DNA of 64,000 bases from contig NC_047067.1 of NCBI RefSeq assembly GCF_902459465.1, positions 18,228,001 through 18,292,000 of the forward strand. The letters are read 5' to 3'. Made by a program: the position numbers and the translations under genes. The notes beneath the pieces are model-generated. The model did not search any database, was not told where the DNA came from, and saw only the letters and a program-made list of their open reading frames with translations. This DNA comes from Asterias rubens. Taxonomy: Eukaryota. Position 1 is the stretch's first letter; every line of letters starts with the position of its first letter. Shown one piece after another: positions 1 to 10,849 of the stretch.

Positions 1-24
1 AATACAAAAATTACACAAGTACAG

Positions 25-225
25 TTACTTCCTCCAAAAGTTCTGATCCTGCGCCATTTTTTTCTTGAAGTTCTGAAACCATTTATCTAGGACTGTCATG
101 GGGATCCAGCTGATGTTTGGCTGGGGTGTCATCTGCGACTGGTTTATTCCGAACGACGAGGCGTAGTTGTAGAAGTTCTCCAACATCTTCATGGAGAACT
201 CTGAGAAGCTGGTCAAAGTCGACGT
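25..225 (-). CDS. HIKESHI: Hikeshi (HSP70 nuclear import carrier, OPI10/C11orf73 family), terminal coding exon
   Basis: Translates TSTLTSFSEFSMKMLENFYNYASSFGINQSQMTPQPNISWIPMTVLDKWFQNFKKKMAQDQNFWRK*, matching the recalled Hikeshi C-terminus (KMLDNFYNFASSF...QMTP...KWYENF.RRL.QNP.FW). Acceptor tttag at 226-230, phase 0; TAA at 25-27. Confidence 0.9.
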   Translation of the reverse strand, partial: TSTLTSFSEFSMKMLENFYNYASSFGINQSQMTPQPNISWIPMTVLDKWFQNFKKKMAQDQNFWRK

Positions 226-484
226 CTAAATAAATGGAGAGAAAACAAAAAGTAAGTAAAAGGCTCTGGACCCCTTTGGTAATAGGTCGATCCATTTAGC
301 TCCGCCCCATCATTGCGTATTGACCAATCACTACTTTCTCAAAAACTACGTTACTTCAGATTCAGAGGGAGTCGTTTCTCACAATGTTTTTTACTATCAA
401 CAGCTCTCCGTTGCTCATTGTCATTACCAAGTCAGTTTTTATGTTAACAATTATTTTGAGTAATCACCAATAGTGTCCAATGCT

Positions 485-1042
485 TCTAACCAAGATGATT
501 TCTTGCTTTGCTTTAGGGAATATCTCAATAGTCTTGCTCTGGGAAAGAAGGATTGTTCCTGTAGGTTTTCCACTTAAAAGTTATAGCTAACATATGAAAC
601 CAATTTATTTTTAGTTGTTGACATGGCTACATTGCCTGGAAAACTGTAATGCGACTGACCGTAATGCGACTGACCATGGTTTTGCCATGTATACCTAAAA
701 GTTCAAGTTGCTGACCATTTATAAGTATCCTGTTGGATACTCATGTATAAGAGTTGTGTGTTACATATAGTAACACTTTCACAATCTTTTTGATAGAGGA
801 GATTTTTGAATTGTGACAAGTGTTTTTTTTACCATGTCCTTTTTGTGTAATGCGACTGACCGGTCTTTACAACGTTATAACATCCAGAGCACAAAGCCCA
901 CAACATTTCTAATAATTATCAATTCAAAGCCTTGGGTGTCAAGTACAAATCAGTCTATAAACTTAGAGGAAAGAATATCTCACACAGAACTTCTAGCACC
1001 ACGATCGAGAAATGACACTGAAAAGTGTTATGTGACTGACCG
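485..1042. mobile_element. Probable Sola1-like transposon end remnant in a Hikeshi intron
   Basis: Ends ATGTGACTGACCG (reverse complement CGGTCAGTCACAT), with subterminal copies of GTAATGCGACTGACC at about 646, 661 and 847. The CGG terminus and subterminal-repeat layout resemble the intact Sola1 at 19893. Confidence 0.4.
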
Positions 1043-1180
1043 TGGAATTGCCCATTTGCACGTACATGGACATGTAATCATAATATTTTGCGGGTGGAGA
1101 TGTGACAGTTATGCCAATAAAACGGGATATAAACACCGGCCTGATGAAACATATGGACTACATTTTTTTGTCAACCATAC

Positions 1181-1404
1181 CTTTCTTCAAAAATGGCACT
1201 TGGCTTTTCGTTGGTGATGAAACCGAGAAACATCCAGACCATTTCGCCCTCCGGTGACGGCCAACTGAAGTAGATGGCCCCGCCCATTCCCTCTGGAAAC
1301 GCTCCAGTCCCGGTCAGGAAGACAACGATGTGGTTGATGGTAGCCGCATTGAAAATGTTGAAGAGAACATGAGTGTCGTCTATCTGTTGCATGTCCGTCT
1401 GGAC
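1181..1404 (-). CDS. HIKESHI: Hikeshi internal exon (exon 2 equivalent)
   Basis: VQTDMQQIDDTHVLFNIFNAATINHIVVFLTGTGAFPEGMGGAIYFSWPSPEGEMVWMFLGFITNEKPSAIFEE matches Hikeshi INHVVVFMLG..PFPEGMGGSVYFS.P...WQLLGFVTN.KPSAIF. Acceptor ctctctag at 1405, donor GTATGG at 1180 (phase 2). Confidence 0.9.
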
Positions 1405-1451
1405 CTAGAGAGTAAATGGGTGAAACTAGTTAAGAGATGGTTGCGAGAACT

Positions 1452-1800
1452 AGATGTTAAATTTGCATTTGGGATAAAGAATTTCATATACTTTTGATTT
1501 TACCATTACACCGACGAGTAACTTTCACAAGTTCTCAGGCATACTCGATTACTTGGGTGGGATTAGAACCCAGGACCTTTGCAAATCTGTAGCAGTGTCT
1601 TACAAACTAGACCACCTAGAGTGCCTGGTAGCTAGAGGCAGTTTGAACCCTTTATTTAGGATGGTAAGAAGACACTGCTCGTTAACTGCAAGGGTCGATG
1701 GTTCGAATCCCACCCAAGTAATATGCCTGTGATTTTTTTTTCACAGAACTCGGGAAAGTACCGAGTACTAACATATCGGTGTAAAGGGTAAAACCACAAT
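1452..1800. mobile_element. Two tRNA-derived SINE fragments in inverted orientation
   Basis: B-box GGTTCGAATCC at about 1701 (+) and a reverse head at about 1545-1620. Body and tail (ctcgggaaagtac, gatgcaaatttaacatct) match the copy at 51573-51762. Confidence 0.7.
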
Positions 1801-1864
1801 TGATCTGATTGCGAGTTTAGTGTTGGGGATGGGGAACAGAGGGATCTCCCTCACTCCGAGGTCT

Positions 1865-1956
1865 CTGTAGAAAGACAACGATGTGGTTGATGCTAGCCGC
1901 ATTGTCATTGTTAGAGGATGACGTGGCGTCGTAAACCTTTGAATGTCCGTCTGGAC
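1865..1956 (-). pseudogene. Decayed duplicate of the Hikeshi exon-2 5' half (pseudoexon)
   Basis: ctcag|GTCCAGACGGACATT...AATGCGGCTAGCATCAACCACATCGTTGTCTTT aligns to 1320-1404 with frameshifting indels. The upstream intron sequence is also duplicated. Confidence 0.8.
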
Positions 1957-4428
1957 CTGAGAATAGAATGGGTGAGAATAGTTAAGAGATGATTGCGAGT
2001 GTAAAGCCCGGTTCATACTTCTTCCTGCGAAAGCGAATGTGAATGTGTTGTAATTTTGCACCCCAAATTCGCAAGGAATAGTTCACATCAGTTTGCTAAG
2101 TGCTAAACAGCCATGTGAAATCGTCACCATTTGTTCTATCGCATAATTGCATTCGCATTTGCAGGAAGTATGAACCTGACTTTACACTCGCAATCCTACT
2201 GCTACTTGCCGTCAACTCGTTTGGTGTCGTCCACTCCGTCAACACAACCAAATATCATTTTGATAAGTTATTCCCATGGCCAACAACTCAGACAAGAGAG
2301 CATTGTACTTTATATAGCCCAGGTTGGACTCCTCCGTTGCATGCAACGCGACGGAGTCCAAAGGTCCCGTACCATTGCGAAAGATTTTCAAAAATCTGTT
2401 AAAAATATTTCTACCTAAGTTGGGAGTCTGAACTTTTACTCACATGTTCCTTGTGGTTGGAACTCCAAGCCTGCGTTATTTAAAATTGTTGACTTGTCTC
2501 CTTTGGTGTTAATATTTTGTGAAAAGAAAATTGAAATTTACGTTTTCCATTCCCACGTCGTCCACTAACTTCCGTGTAAACACTTTCTTGCACTGATCAC
2601 TGGCGGCGCCATCAACCACTCACTAAGCATATGGATAATAGTCAGCGAGCAATTTACACAAAGCGCAGAACATAGTATACCGAGCATAGACGTCTTGTGC
2701 CAAGACTCCATGTGCTGGAAGCGTATCTTTTTCCCAGGACAGATGAGGCCGTTAAGTTGGCGCATGCTAAGTGGCCTCATCGGTCCTAGGAAAAAAATAT
2801 ACGCGCGCAGGAAAGCGCCCTCTGTTGTCCGTCTATATGACAAGAAGAAGCCATGTAAAAAAGCAAGATGGCGGCAGAAAAAAACTCACTTTGTAACCGA
2901 AATTCAACCTGAAACTTAAAAAAATTCTATTTGAGGTGTAGTGCTTTCCAGTTTTATGCCTCCTGGATTTTAAATGTGTATTGGAGGAGTTGAAGGCGAT
3001 TTGATGGCACCTACCCAGTTGACGGCGAATAGCGGCAAGACAACGTGCTGCACTCTAAAGCCATGCGCACTTGAGCTCACACTATCAAGTGGTATACAAT
3101 GATCAACATCGCCAGTGCAGAACTTCGACATATTTTCAGAAATAATTTCTTCCATGGATATATTTGTTAGCTGTAAACTCGTTGAAAATATAGTGAGGGA
3201 CACTATGAATATATGAACGGAATTTCAACTTCTCAAATCAGGTAAAAAATTAAGAAAATTGTAGTCAAATTTGTGTTCGCATTGTAAAGAACCTTTATAC
3301 CCAGGACGTCAGTGCAGTGGCACTCTAATCATATTTGAGTTTGTTTATTTAGTTTTTTTTATCAGGTTTATTTTTTAATTTCTTTGGGGTGTTTTAGTTT
3401 TTTTATTAATAAGTTTCAAAGATCCATTCTTTTGTGTTTAATCTGTTCTTTGTTATTTTTGTTAGTATTTTCTCTGTAATAGCGCCCAGAGCACTTTTGT
3501 GGATTTGTGCGCTCTATAAGACCTCGTTATTATTTTTATTATTATTATCGCGCCCAACAGAAACTCTGCTCATTTTTCTTGTTAACTTTACCTCTTTTCA
3601 CCAATCGAGTGCTTTCTTAATATTTTTTATTTTCAAATTTTCATCCACAGATTTCACGTTTTTCTTTTTCACTTCTCCAGAGAAACGGCACCCTCTGAAG
3701 TGCCATAGTTTCCGAGAAAGAAGTAATTTTCCACGAATTTGATTTCAAGACCTCAGATTTAGAACTTGAGGTCTCGAAATCAACCATCTAAACGCACACA
3801 CCTTCGTGTGACAAGGTTTTTTCTTTTCTTTCATTCATATCTTGCAAGTTCGATGACCGATTGAGCTCAAATTTTCACAGGTTCGTTATTGTATGCATAT
3901 GTTGAGATACACCAACTGTGAAGGCTAGTCTTTGACAATAACCAATAGTGTCCACTGCCTTAAAGGAGAATGCTGACTGGCTCATTAATGTCTCAATAAC
4001 AAACATTACACAACGTACCCATGGCTCGGTACACCGTACCGATGTTCCCGTAGGCTATGCCCAGTCCGCGATGGTTTCCCGTTTGACTGTGGACTTCCAA
4101 GCATTCCACAAGGAGCAAGATGGCCGCCTCATTGTCCTTCAGAGCCGATGATGAAGAGAAGAACAGACACAAATCAAAAATGATTTTGTTTTTCAAATAA
4201 TTATTGACTTCTTTAAAGTAATTATCCCTGGGGGTGCTATCTGATAGTGGCTTCCTTTATAGTAGCACAATAGGAAAAATATAGCTCAACTACGTCCCAT
4301 ATCCAAAGAGGTCCAAGGCCGAAGTCTTGTTGGATGTGAGATGCAGACGCACTATAGTTTTCCGTTAGCCCTATATAGAACTCTTCCTCTGTACACAGAT
4401 ACAGAGTCCTAACTATTCAGGCCTGTTA

Positions 4429-4979
4429 CTGGGGCGGAACATTTTCAAAGCTTCATAACTCAAATCTTACCTGCAACAAGCCACTAATTTCAACAGATTC
4501 ACATTCCATGGCGGCATACATTTTTCTGCGGTGGGTTTTGGTCCTCATATATTCCTCACAAATCCGTCATTTTCGTGAAATAATGCAGCTCCCAACGCTA
4601 AAAGAAATCCTGTTTTTATCGTTTTCTCACAGTGTTGTCTGTTGCCGTGAGTCTGCGTATACATTTACATGCAAGACGCATGATGCAAGACGCATGAATT
4701 CTTGGTCACCATACTGCACAGCATTAACACACAAACGCAACGCAAGATTTGCGCATCTTGCGTAAACACGGCAGACTGTGAGAGTACGAACAAAAATGGG
4801 AATTCCTTAACGTTGGGAGCTGCATTATTTCATGAAAATGACGGATTTTTGAAAAATATATGACGATCAAAACCCACCACAGAAAAATATATGCTGCCAT
4901 GGAGTGTGAATCTGTTGAAATTAGTGCTTTCTTGCAGGTAAGATTTGAGTTATGAAGCTTTGAAAATTTTCCGCCCCAG
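4429..4979. mobile_element. Foldback/MITE with inverted arms of about 240 bp
   Basis: CTGGGGCGGAACATTTTCAAAGCTTCATAACTC... at 4429 mirrors ...GAGTTATGAAGCTTTGAAAATTTTCCGCCCCAG at 4979; the arms align along their length. Confidence 0.85.
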
Positions 4980-5129
4980 AAATGTACCCTGAATCCAGGA
5001 TGTCACTGTAGTATTACGAAAGTGTAAGGCCGCCAGGGCTAATTTTTCCGTATTCCATGAGCGTGTGTGTGATAACTTATAATATTTAAAATTCAAACCT
5101 GTGTATATCTTGCCGAGGCAGTTTAAGGC

Positions 5130-6585
5130 ACGCGACTTCATCGCCAAGTACCCGATCCTGTCGGACAGCTCCAGGTGTATGGCGTGGTAGACCAAGGCCA
5201 TGTTGTAGTCCGGTGGGCTCATGGAGTAATGAGTGAAGCCAATGTTGAAGCAGGAAACCACTAAAGCTGCCTGTCACCTAGGGAAGAAGAACAAGTATGA
5301 TGTAACAGGGTCGTTCACAGTTATCAACATTTCCAATCCTGTCAGTGTCAGAAAGCTCTAGCTGTACTGCATGGTAGACCAAGGTTGAGTTGTAGTCCGG
5401 TGGGCTCATGGAGTAATGAGTGAAGCCAATGTTGAAGCAGGAAACCACTAGAGCTGCCTGTCACCTAGGGAAGAAGAACAAGTATGATGTAAGAGGGTCG
5501 TTCACAGTTATCAACATTTCCAATCCTGTCAGTGTCAGAAAGCTCTAGCTGTACTGCGTGGTAGACCAAGGCTGAGTTGTAGTCCGGTGGGCTCATGGAG
5601 TAATGAGTGAAGTCGATGTTGAAGCAGGAAACCACTAAAGCTGCATGGTCACCTAGGGAACGAGAGCAGGTATAATGTAAGAGGGTCGTTCACAGTTATC
5701 AACATTTCCAATCCTGTCCAAGAGCTCCAAGTGTACTGTGTGGTAGACCAAGGCCATGTTGTAGTCCGGTGAGCTCATGGAGTAATGAGTGAAGCCAATG
5801 TTGAAGCAGGAAACCACTACAGCTGCCTGGTCACCTAGGGAACGAGAGCAGGTATAATGTAAGAGGGTCGTACACAGTTATCAACATTTCCGATCCTGTC
5901 AGTGTCAGAAAGCTCTAGCTGCACTGCGTGGTAGACCAAGGCTGAGTTGTAGTCCGGTGGGCTCATAGAGTAATGAGTGAAGCCAATGTTGAAGCAGGAA
6001 ACCACTAGAGCTGCCTGGTCACCTAGGAAAGAAGAACACGTATAATGTAAGAGGGTCGTTCACGTTATCAACATATCCGATCCTGTCCGAGAGCTCCAAG
6101 TGTATGGCGTGGCAGACCAAGGCCATGTCGTAGTCCGGTGGGCTCATAGAGTAATGAGTGAAGCCAAGGTTGAAGCAGGAAACCACTAAAGCTGCCTGTC
6201 ACCTAGGGAAGAAGAACAGGTATAATGTAAGGGGTCGTTCACGTTATCAACATATCCGATCCTGTCCGAGAGCTCCAAGTGTATGGCGTGGCAGACCAAG
6301 GCCATGTCGTAGTCCGGTGGGCTCATAGAGTAATGAGTGAAGCCAATGTTGAAGCAGGAAACCACTAGAGCTGCCTGTCACCTAGGAAAGAAGAACAGGT
6401 ATAATGTAAGGGGTCGTTCACGTTATCAACATATCCGATCCTGTCTGAGAGCTCCAAGTGTATGGCGTGGCAGACCATGGGCCATTTCGTAGTCCGGTGG
6501 GCTCATGCAGTAATGAGTGAAGCCAATGTTGAAGCAGGAAACCACTAAAGCTGCCTGTCACCTAGGAAAGAAGAACAGGTATGAA
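5130..6585 (-). repeat. Tandem array of 8 units (179-188 bp), each a splice acceptor plus a partial TPR exon
   Basis: Acceptor AG positions at 5278, 5465, 5653, 5835, 6023, 6203, 6382 and 6562, each followed by (G)DQAALVVSCFNIGFTHYSMSPPDY-coding sequence. Confidence 0.95.
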
Positions 6586-6592
6586 CGAGAGA

Positions 6593-6870
6593 GCCCAATT
6601 TCATAGCGCTGCTTAACTGTAAGCCAATTTGCGTGCTTACTGTAGCAGAAAAATTTGCTTAAGCCTTAGCGTATTTCACAGGTTAGCAGAAAAATTGGAC
6701 GGCCATTGCGTGTTTACCATGGATTTGCATTGTGACGTCATTTATTTTCGTGCGGTAAGCACCGGAAGGTTAGCATGCCTTTTCATGTGCTTACGGTTAG
6801 CAGTGCTATGAAATAGAAATTGCACAGTAAGCACAAAATCGACTGTTAAGCAGCGCTATGAAACTGGGCC
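6593..6870. mobile_element. PIF/Harbinger-like MITE (GGCCCAATTTCAT...ATGAAATTGGGCC family)
   Basis: Terminal inverted repeats. Other copies at 7167-7378, 11839-12090, 22677-22867, 40073-40330 and 49766-50000. A CWG target duplication is clear at 11836/12091 (CAG) and 40070/40331 (CTG). Confidence 0.75.
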
Positions 6871-7794
6871 CAGGTATGAATGAGAGAGCATACTGTTCGA
6901 AACGTTGAAATAACTTGCCTCTTTGTTTTGCAAACACAAACTGTTTTTTCTGATGGGTAAGGGCATCGGTGAACCGCCCCTCCGACCGAAAAGTGGTTCC
7001 CAAGTCCCCATGGCGATCTGCCACGGCAACAGGATCTTCAAGTCGATGGCTTCTCTTAAGTACTCTTTAGCTGTTCCGAAGTCTGCTGAAGCCCTGGAAT
7101 GCAATGCAACAATCATAAATTTAGGCTGGTTTTATCCCATTGGTTGAAAAATGTCATATGACGACGTTTACCAGGGCCAAATTTTAGAGAGCTGCTTAAG
7201 CAGAAAATTGTTGCTTTTAGCATGGAGCAATACTCCATGCTTTTAGCAATTCCAAACAAGATACCAGGTACAGATAGCACACATGACAAAATATCTTGGC
7301 TGGTAAACTTATTCTGGTAAGCAATATTGTTTGGTGTTAGCTACTTTTGTGTTTTGAAAGCAGCTCTATGAAATTGGGCATCTGAATTAAAATTTTGAAG
7401 CATAAAAAAAGATCGGTGGCTTCGACAAACTTACCTACAAGCATTTTCAAATGACTGTATTAACATATGCCCCCTATTCTTGTCGCTCATATTCCGTTTC
7501 AACAGCGGCTGATCTTGTCCACGTCGCCCATCTCGACGGCCAACATCTCAGCCTCGTCAAGATACGTCTTGGCATCCTGCAAGTTGCCGAGGAAACGGTG
7601 AGCATTCCCCAAGTCCAACGCCGCCTGAAAGTGCATCTCCCTCAATGATGATTCCTGGGGAACCCTCCTTTGGTGTTGGCAGGTTGCTAGCACCCAATGG
7701 TGTAGACTTTGCTGCTTTATATTCTTGTTGAGCAGCCTCCAGGCCTTTGCTAAGTGGCCCAATGGACATGTAAACTTGGTACTTCAAGTGAAAG

Positions 7795-10240
7795 CTGGAC
7801 AAACAAAAGGCAGACGACATCCGTGTTCAGATTCATGAGGTCTTGAAACATTCTAAACCTCCTAAATCCAATCTATCGAAACGAGAATTCCAGGCTATAA
7901 ATGACCTACGCCGGGATCCCTCAATACACATCCTGAAGGCTGACAAGGGTAATGCCACTGTTGTAATGGACCGCACTGAATATGATCAAAAGGTTCAAAG
8001 CATCCTTGACACAGATACCTATGCCCGCTCAAGAAGAACCCGATCCCATCAGTTGAAAGGAAGCTCGCTGCCATGCTCCTCTCACTAAACCGTAGCACTG
8101 CCATACCCACTCCATTGTACAGACATCTCAGGCCTAAAGCATATACTCCAGCACATACCCCCCTCAAGCTATGAATATGATCAAAAGGTTCAAAGTATCC
8201 TTGACACAGATACCTATGTCCGCCTAAAGAAGAACCCGATCCCATCAGTTGAAAGGAAGCTCGCTGCCATGCTCCTCTCACTAAACCGTAGCACTGCCAT
8301 ACCCACTCCATTGTACAGACATCTCAGGCCTAAAGCATATACTCCAGCACATACCCCCCTCAAGCTATGAATATGATCAAAAGGTTCAAAGTATCCTTGA
8401 CACAGATACCTATGCCCGCTCAAGAAGAACCCGATCCCATCAGTTGAAAGGAAGCTCGCTGCCATGCTCCTCTCACTAAACCGTAGCACTGCCATACCCA
8501 CTCCATTGTACAGACATCTCAGGCCTTCGGCCTCGAAGTGCCCGAGATTCTTTGGTCAGCCAAAGATTCACAAACCAGATAAACCGCTCCGCCCTATTGT
8601 CTCCTCTCGAGGTTCCCCTACCTACAACCTCGCCCAACACTTGACTAAGCTTTTACACCCACTTGTGGGCAAAACACCTCACCATGTACCCAATTCAGCA
8701 GGGTTTATCGATATTATCAAGGGAATTGAATTACAGTCATCCGATATATTAGTGAGTTTTGATGTCAAATCTCTTTTCACTTACGTACCCACCGATGAAG
8801 CTTGCCAAATAACCAAAGCGGTACTAGAACAAGATGAAACTCTAACCGATCGAACCAGCCTAACGCCAGACCAGATTCATGATCTATTAAAATGACATGC
8901 GTGAAGTCCACATACTTCCAATGGAGAGATGGATATTACAGACAGGCTTTAGGAACTCCCATGGGGTCTCCTATTTCCCCAGTCTTAGCGAACATTTTCA
9001 TGGAAGATTTTGAACAGAAAGCCCTGGGTACCGCTCGACTCAAACCCAAACTTTGGCTCCGATATGTGGATGACACATTCATCATTTGGTCACATGGATT
9101 GGAAAACCTTGATGACTTCCTTAGTCACATTAACCGCCAACACCCTAACATTCAGTTCACCATGGAAACTGAGACATCCGATTCATAACCTTTCCTTGAT
9201 GTACTCATTTCCAAGAAGACTGATGGTTCTCTAGCACACTCCGTGTACAGAAAACCCACCCATACAGACCGCTACCTCAACACTCGGTCATTCCATCCTC
9301 CTTCTGTGAAAGCCTCAGTGAACCAGAACCTACTTCAAAGGGCACACATTATTTGTGATAAGGAACATTTACCTAATGAACTGGAGCACCTTAACACAGT
9401 GCTAAAAGAGAATGGGTATAAACCAAACAAAAGAGAGTCCCTTTCAAAACACAACTCTCAGTCTGCACAATCCAAAGATATGCCCATTGCGGTCCTTCCG
9501 TACATTGGTCATACCTCACACAAAATTCAACGGATCCTCCGTGAGGCCGAAATCAAGGTCTACTACCGAACTCGCAACAAGTTTGATACTAAGCTACACA
9601 CTCACAAAGACAAGCATGACTCTAGCAGTCAGGCAGGGGTCTATCGAATTCCTTGTACTTGTGGTAAAGTGTACATTGGCAAGACCGGTAGAGACCTAAC
9701 TACCAGGCTAAAAGAACATAAAGCACACGGCCGCAGAGGAGAATATGACAAATCTGCCATTGTCAAACACTCCACCGATTTAGACCATGTCATAGATTGG
9801 GATCAGGCTCGTATCATAGCACCTGAGAGACATTGGTATACAAGGCAAATAAGGGAAGCTATCGAAATATACAGACACGACACTGTGCCACAAGATATCA
9901 GCTATTTCATCAGCAGCATTTGGCATACTATCCTACCACCCTCCTCCTCTAACAACCCCCAACCTACTGACACGCCTCACTACACCCGAGAGGTTTCTCA
10001 CACAATGGCCAACCCTAACAATAGCCCTGAGCCCGCCAACCACACAACCAATCAGAGCATTGATTGACCTGCAGTGGATCCACTGAACCCCTATAAATAA
10101 GCCCACTCTTCTCTTACCTCTTCAGTCTCCTGACGATGACTAGAGCAAGCTAGTCGAAACGTTGAGACCAATTTCAGAACTGACTCCGCGTCTTATAAGC
10201 TAAAGTAGTAGTCCAGTCTAATTTCTATACCATCCGCCCT
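7795..10240 (+). mobile_element. Penelope-like retroelement (RT plus GIY-YIG endonuclease), 5'-truncated and disrupted
   Basis: SNLSKREFQAINDLRRDPSIHILKADKGNATVVMD; KIHKPDKPLRPIVS; SFDVKSLFT; GTPMGSPISP; LRYVDDTF; YRKPTHTDRYL; GVYRIPCTCGKVYIGKTGRDLTTRLKEH. Frameshift at about 8892, stop at 9186-9188, internal triplication at 7978-8530. Confidence 0.95.
10125..10168 (+). ncRNA. Minimal type I hammerhead ribozyme in the Penelope 3' region
   Basis: GTCTC-CTGACGA-T-GACTAG(agcaag)CTAGTC-GAAACGTT-GAGAC gives stem I GTCTC/GAGAC, an intact CUGANGA core, a 6-bp stem II, GAAA, a palindromic mini stem III and a GUU cleavage triplet. Confidence 0.85.
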
Positions 10241-10849
10241 GGTAATAGTTAAAAAGCAGGACAGTTCTTTTCAGAACTGAGAAGTCTCCCGAACCTCCGA
10301 TTATCTACTCCACGGCAGTAGAATAAAGCAAGACACCTCACCATGCAATGCCTCAAATCCTATATACTTCACTTTCTGTCAAAAAGAGAAGATAAACGCA
10401 AAATGTTAAAGGGGGGTACAGAACTGGGATCAACTAAGTGCGGAAAACTGCACTTACGGCCAATGCAACTATTGATAAAACATTGTCTTTGTGTTTAAGA
10501 GGTAATTTCTCGGTCAAATAAAAAGGCTTCATATGCATCTGAAAGCACACACTGAATGTAAATTTTTCAAAAAGGGTGTTCTTTCTTTCATTATTATCAT
10601 GAAACTTCGATGACCAATTGAGCCAAAATTTGTGCAGGTTTACTTTATGCATTTGTTGGGATACACCAAGTGAGAACACTGGTTTTCGACAATTACCAAA
10701 CACCTCCAGTGCCTTTAAACTTACCTGCTCAGTAGATATTTCTGGGAAGCTAAGCGTATCTTCAAGTAAAGTGGCCGCAGCAGGCAGATTGGTCAGAAGT
10801 AGAACTTGGGCCTCAGAAATCCTCTCATCTGTGATAGATGACAGACATT

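Larger units (their letters stand above)
4019..7792 (-). pseudogene. TPR-repeat protein gene (TTC28-like), disabled; exons about 7435-7792, 6919-7093, 5099-5277, 4019-4144
   Basis: TPR-like helices: AALDLGNAHRFLGNLQDAKTYLDEAEMLAVEMGD; ADRHGDLGTTFRSEGRFTDALTHQKKQ; KSRALNCLGKIYT; GIAYGNIGTVYRAMG. Frameshifts at about 7660, 7035 and 5273, a stop at 7499, an acceptor reading GG at 4145-4146, and the 5' part replaced by Penelope. Confidence 0.8.

Noticed and set aside
491-558. AG/GT-bounded segment as the missing Hikeshi middle exon
   Set aside because: It is 68 nt, so it cannot bridge phase 2 to phase 0, and no frame resembles Hikeshi.
2008-2258. Candidates for Hikeshi exon 1 (FAFAGR at about 2008-2030; MIFGC at about 2245-2258)
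   Set aside because: Only 3-residue matches, and neither has both an in-frame ATG and a correctly phased donor.
2970-3203. 77-aa ORF as a further TPR exon or separate gene
   Set aside because: No recognisable motif in any frame and no convincing splice pair.
5130-6585. CRISPR-like array
   Set aside because: The units are homologous over their whole length with no unique spacers, they derive from an exon, the context is eukaryotic, and there are no cas genes.
6917-6918. GC donor counted as an inactivating mutation in the TPR gene
   Set aside because: GC-AG introns with a strong context (AG|GCAAGT) are normal, so it was not used as pseudogene evidence.
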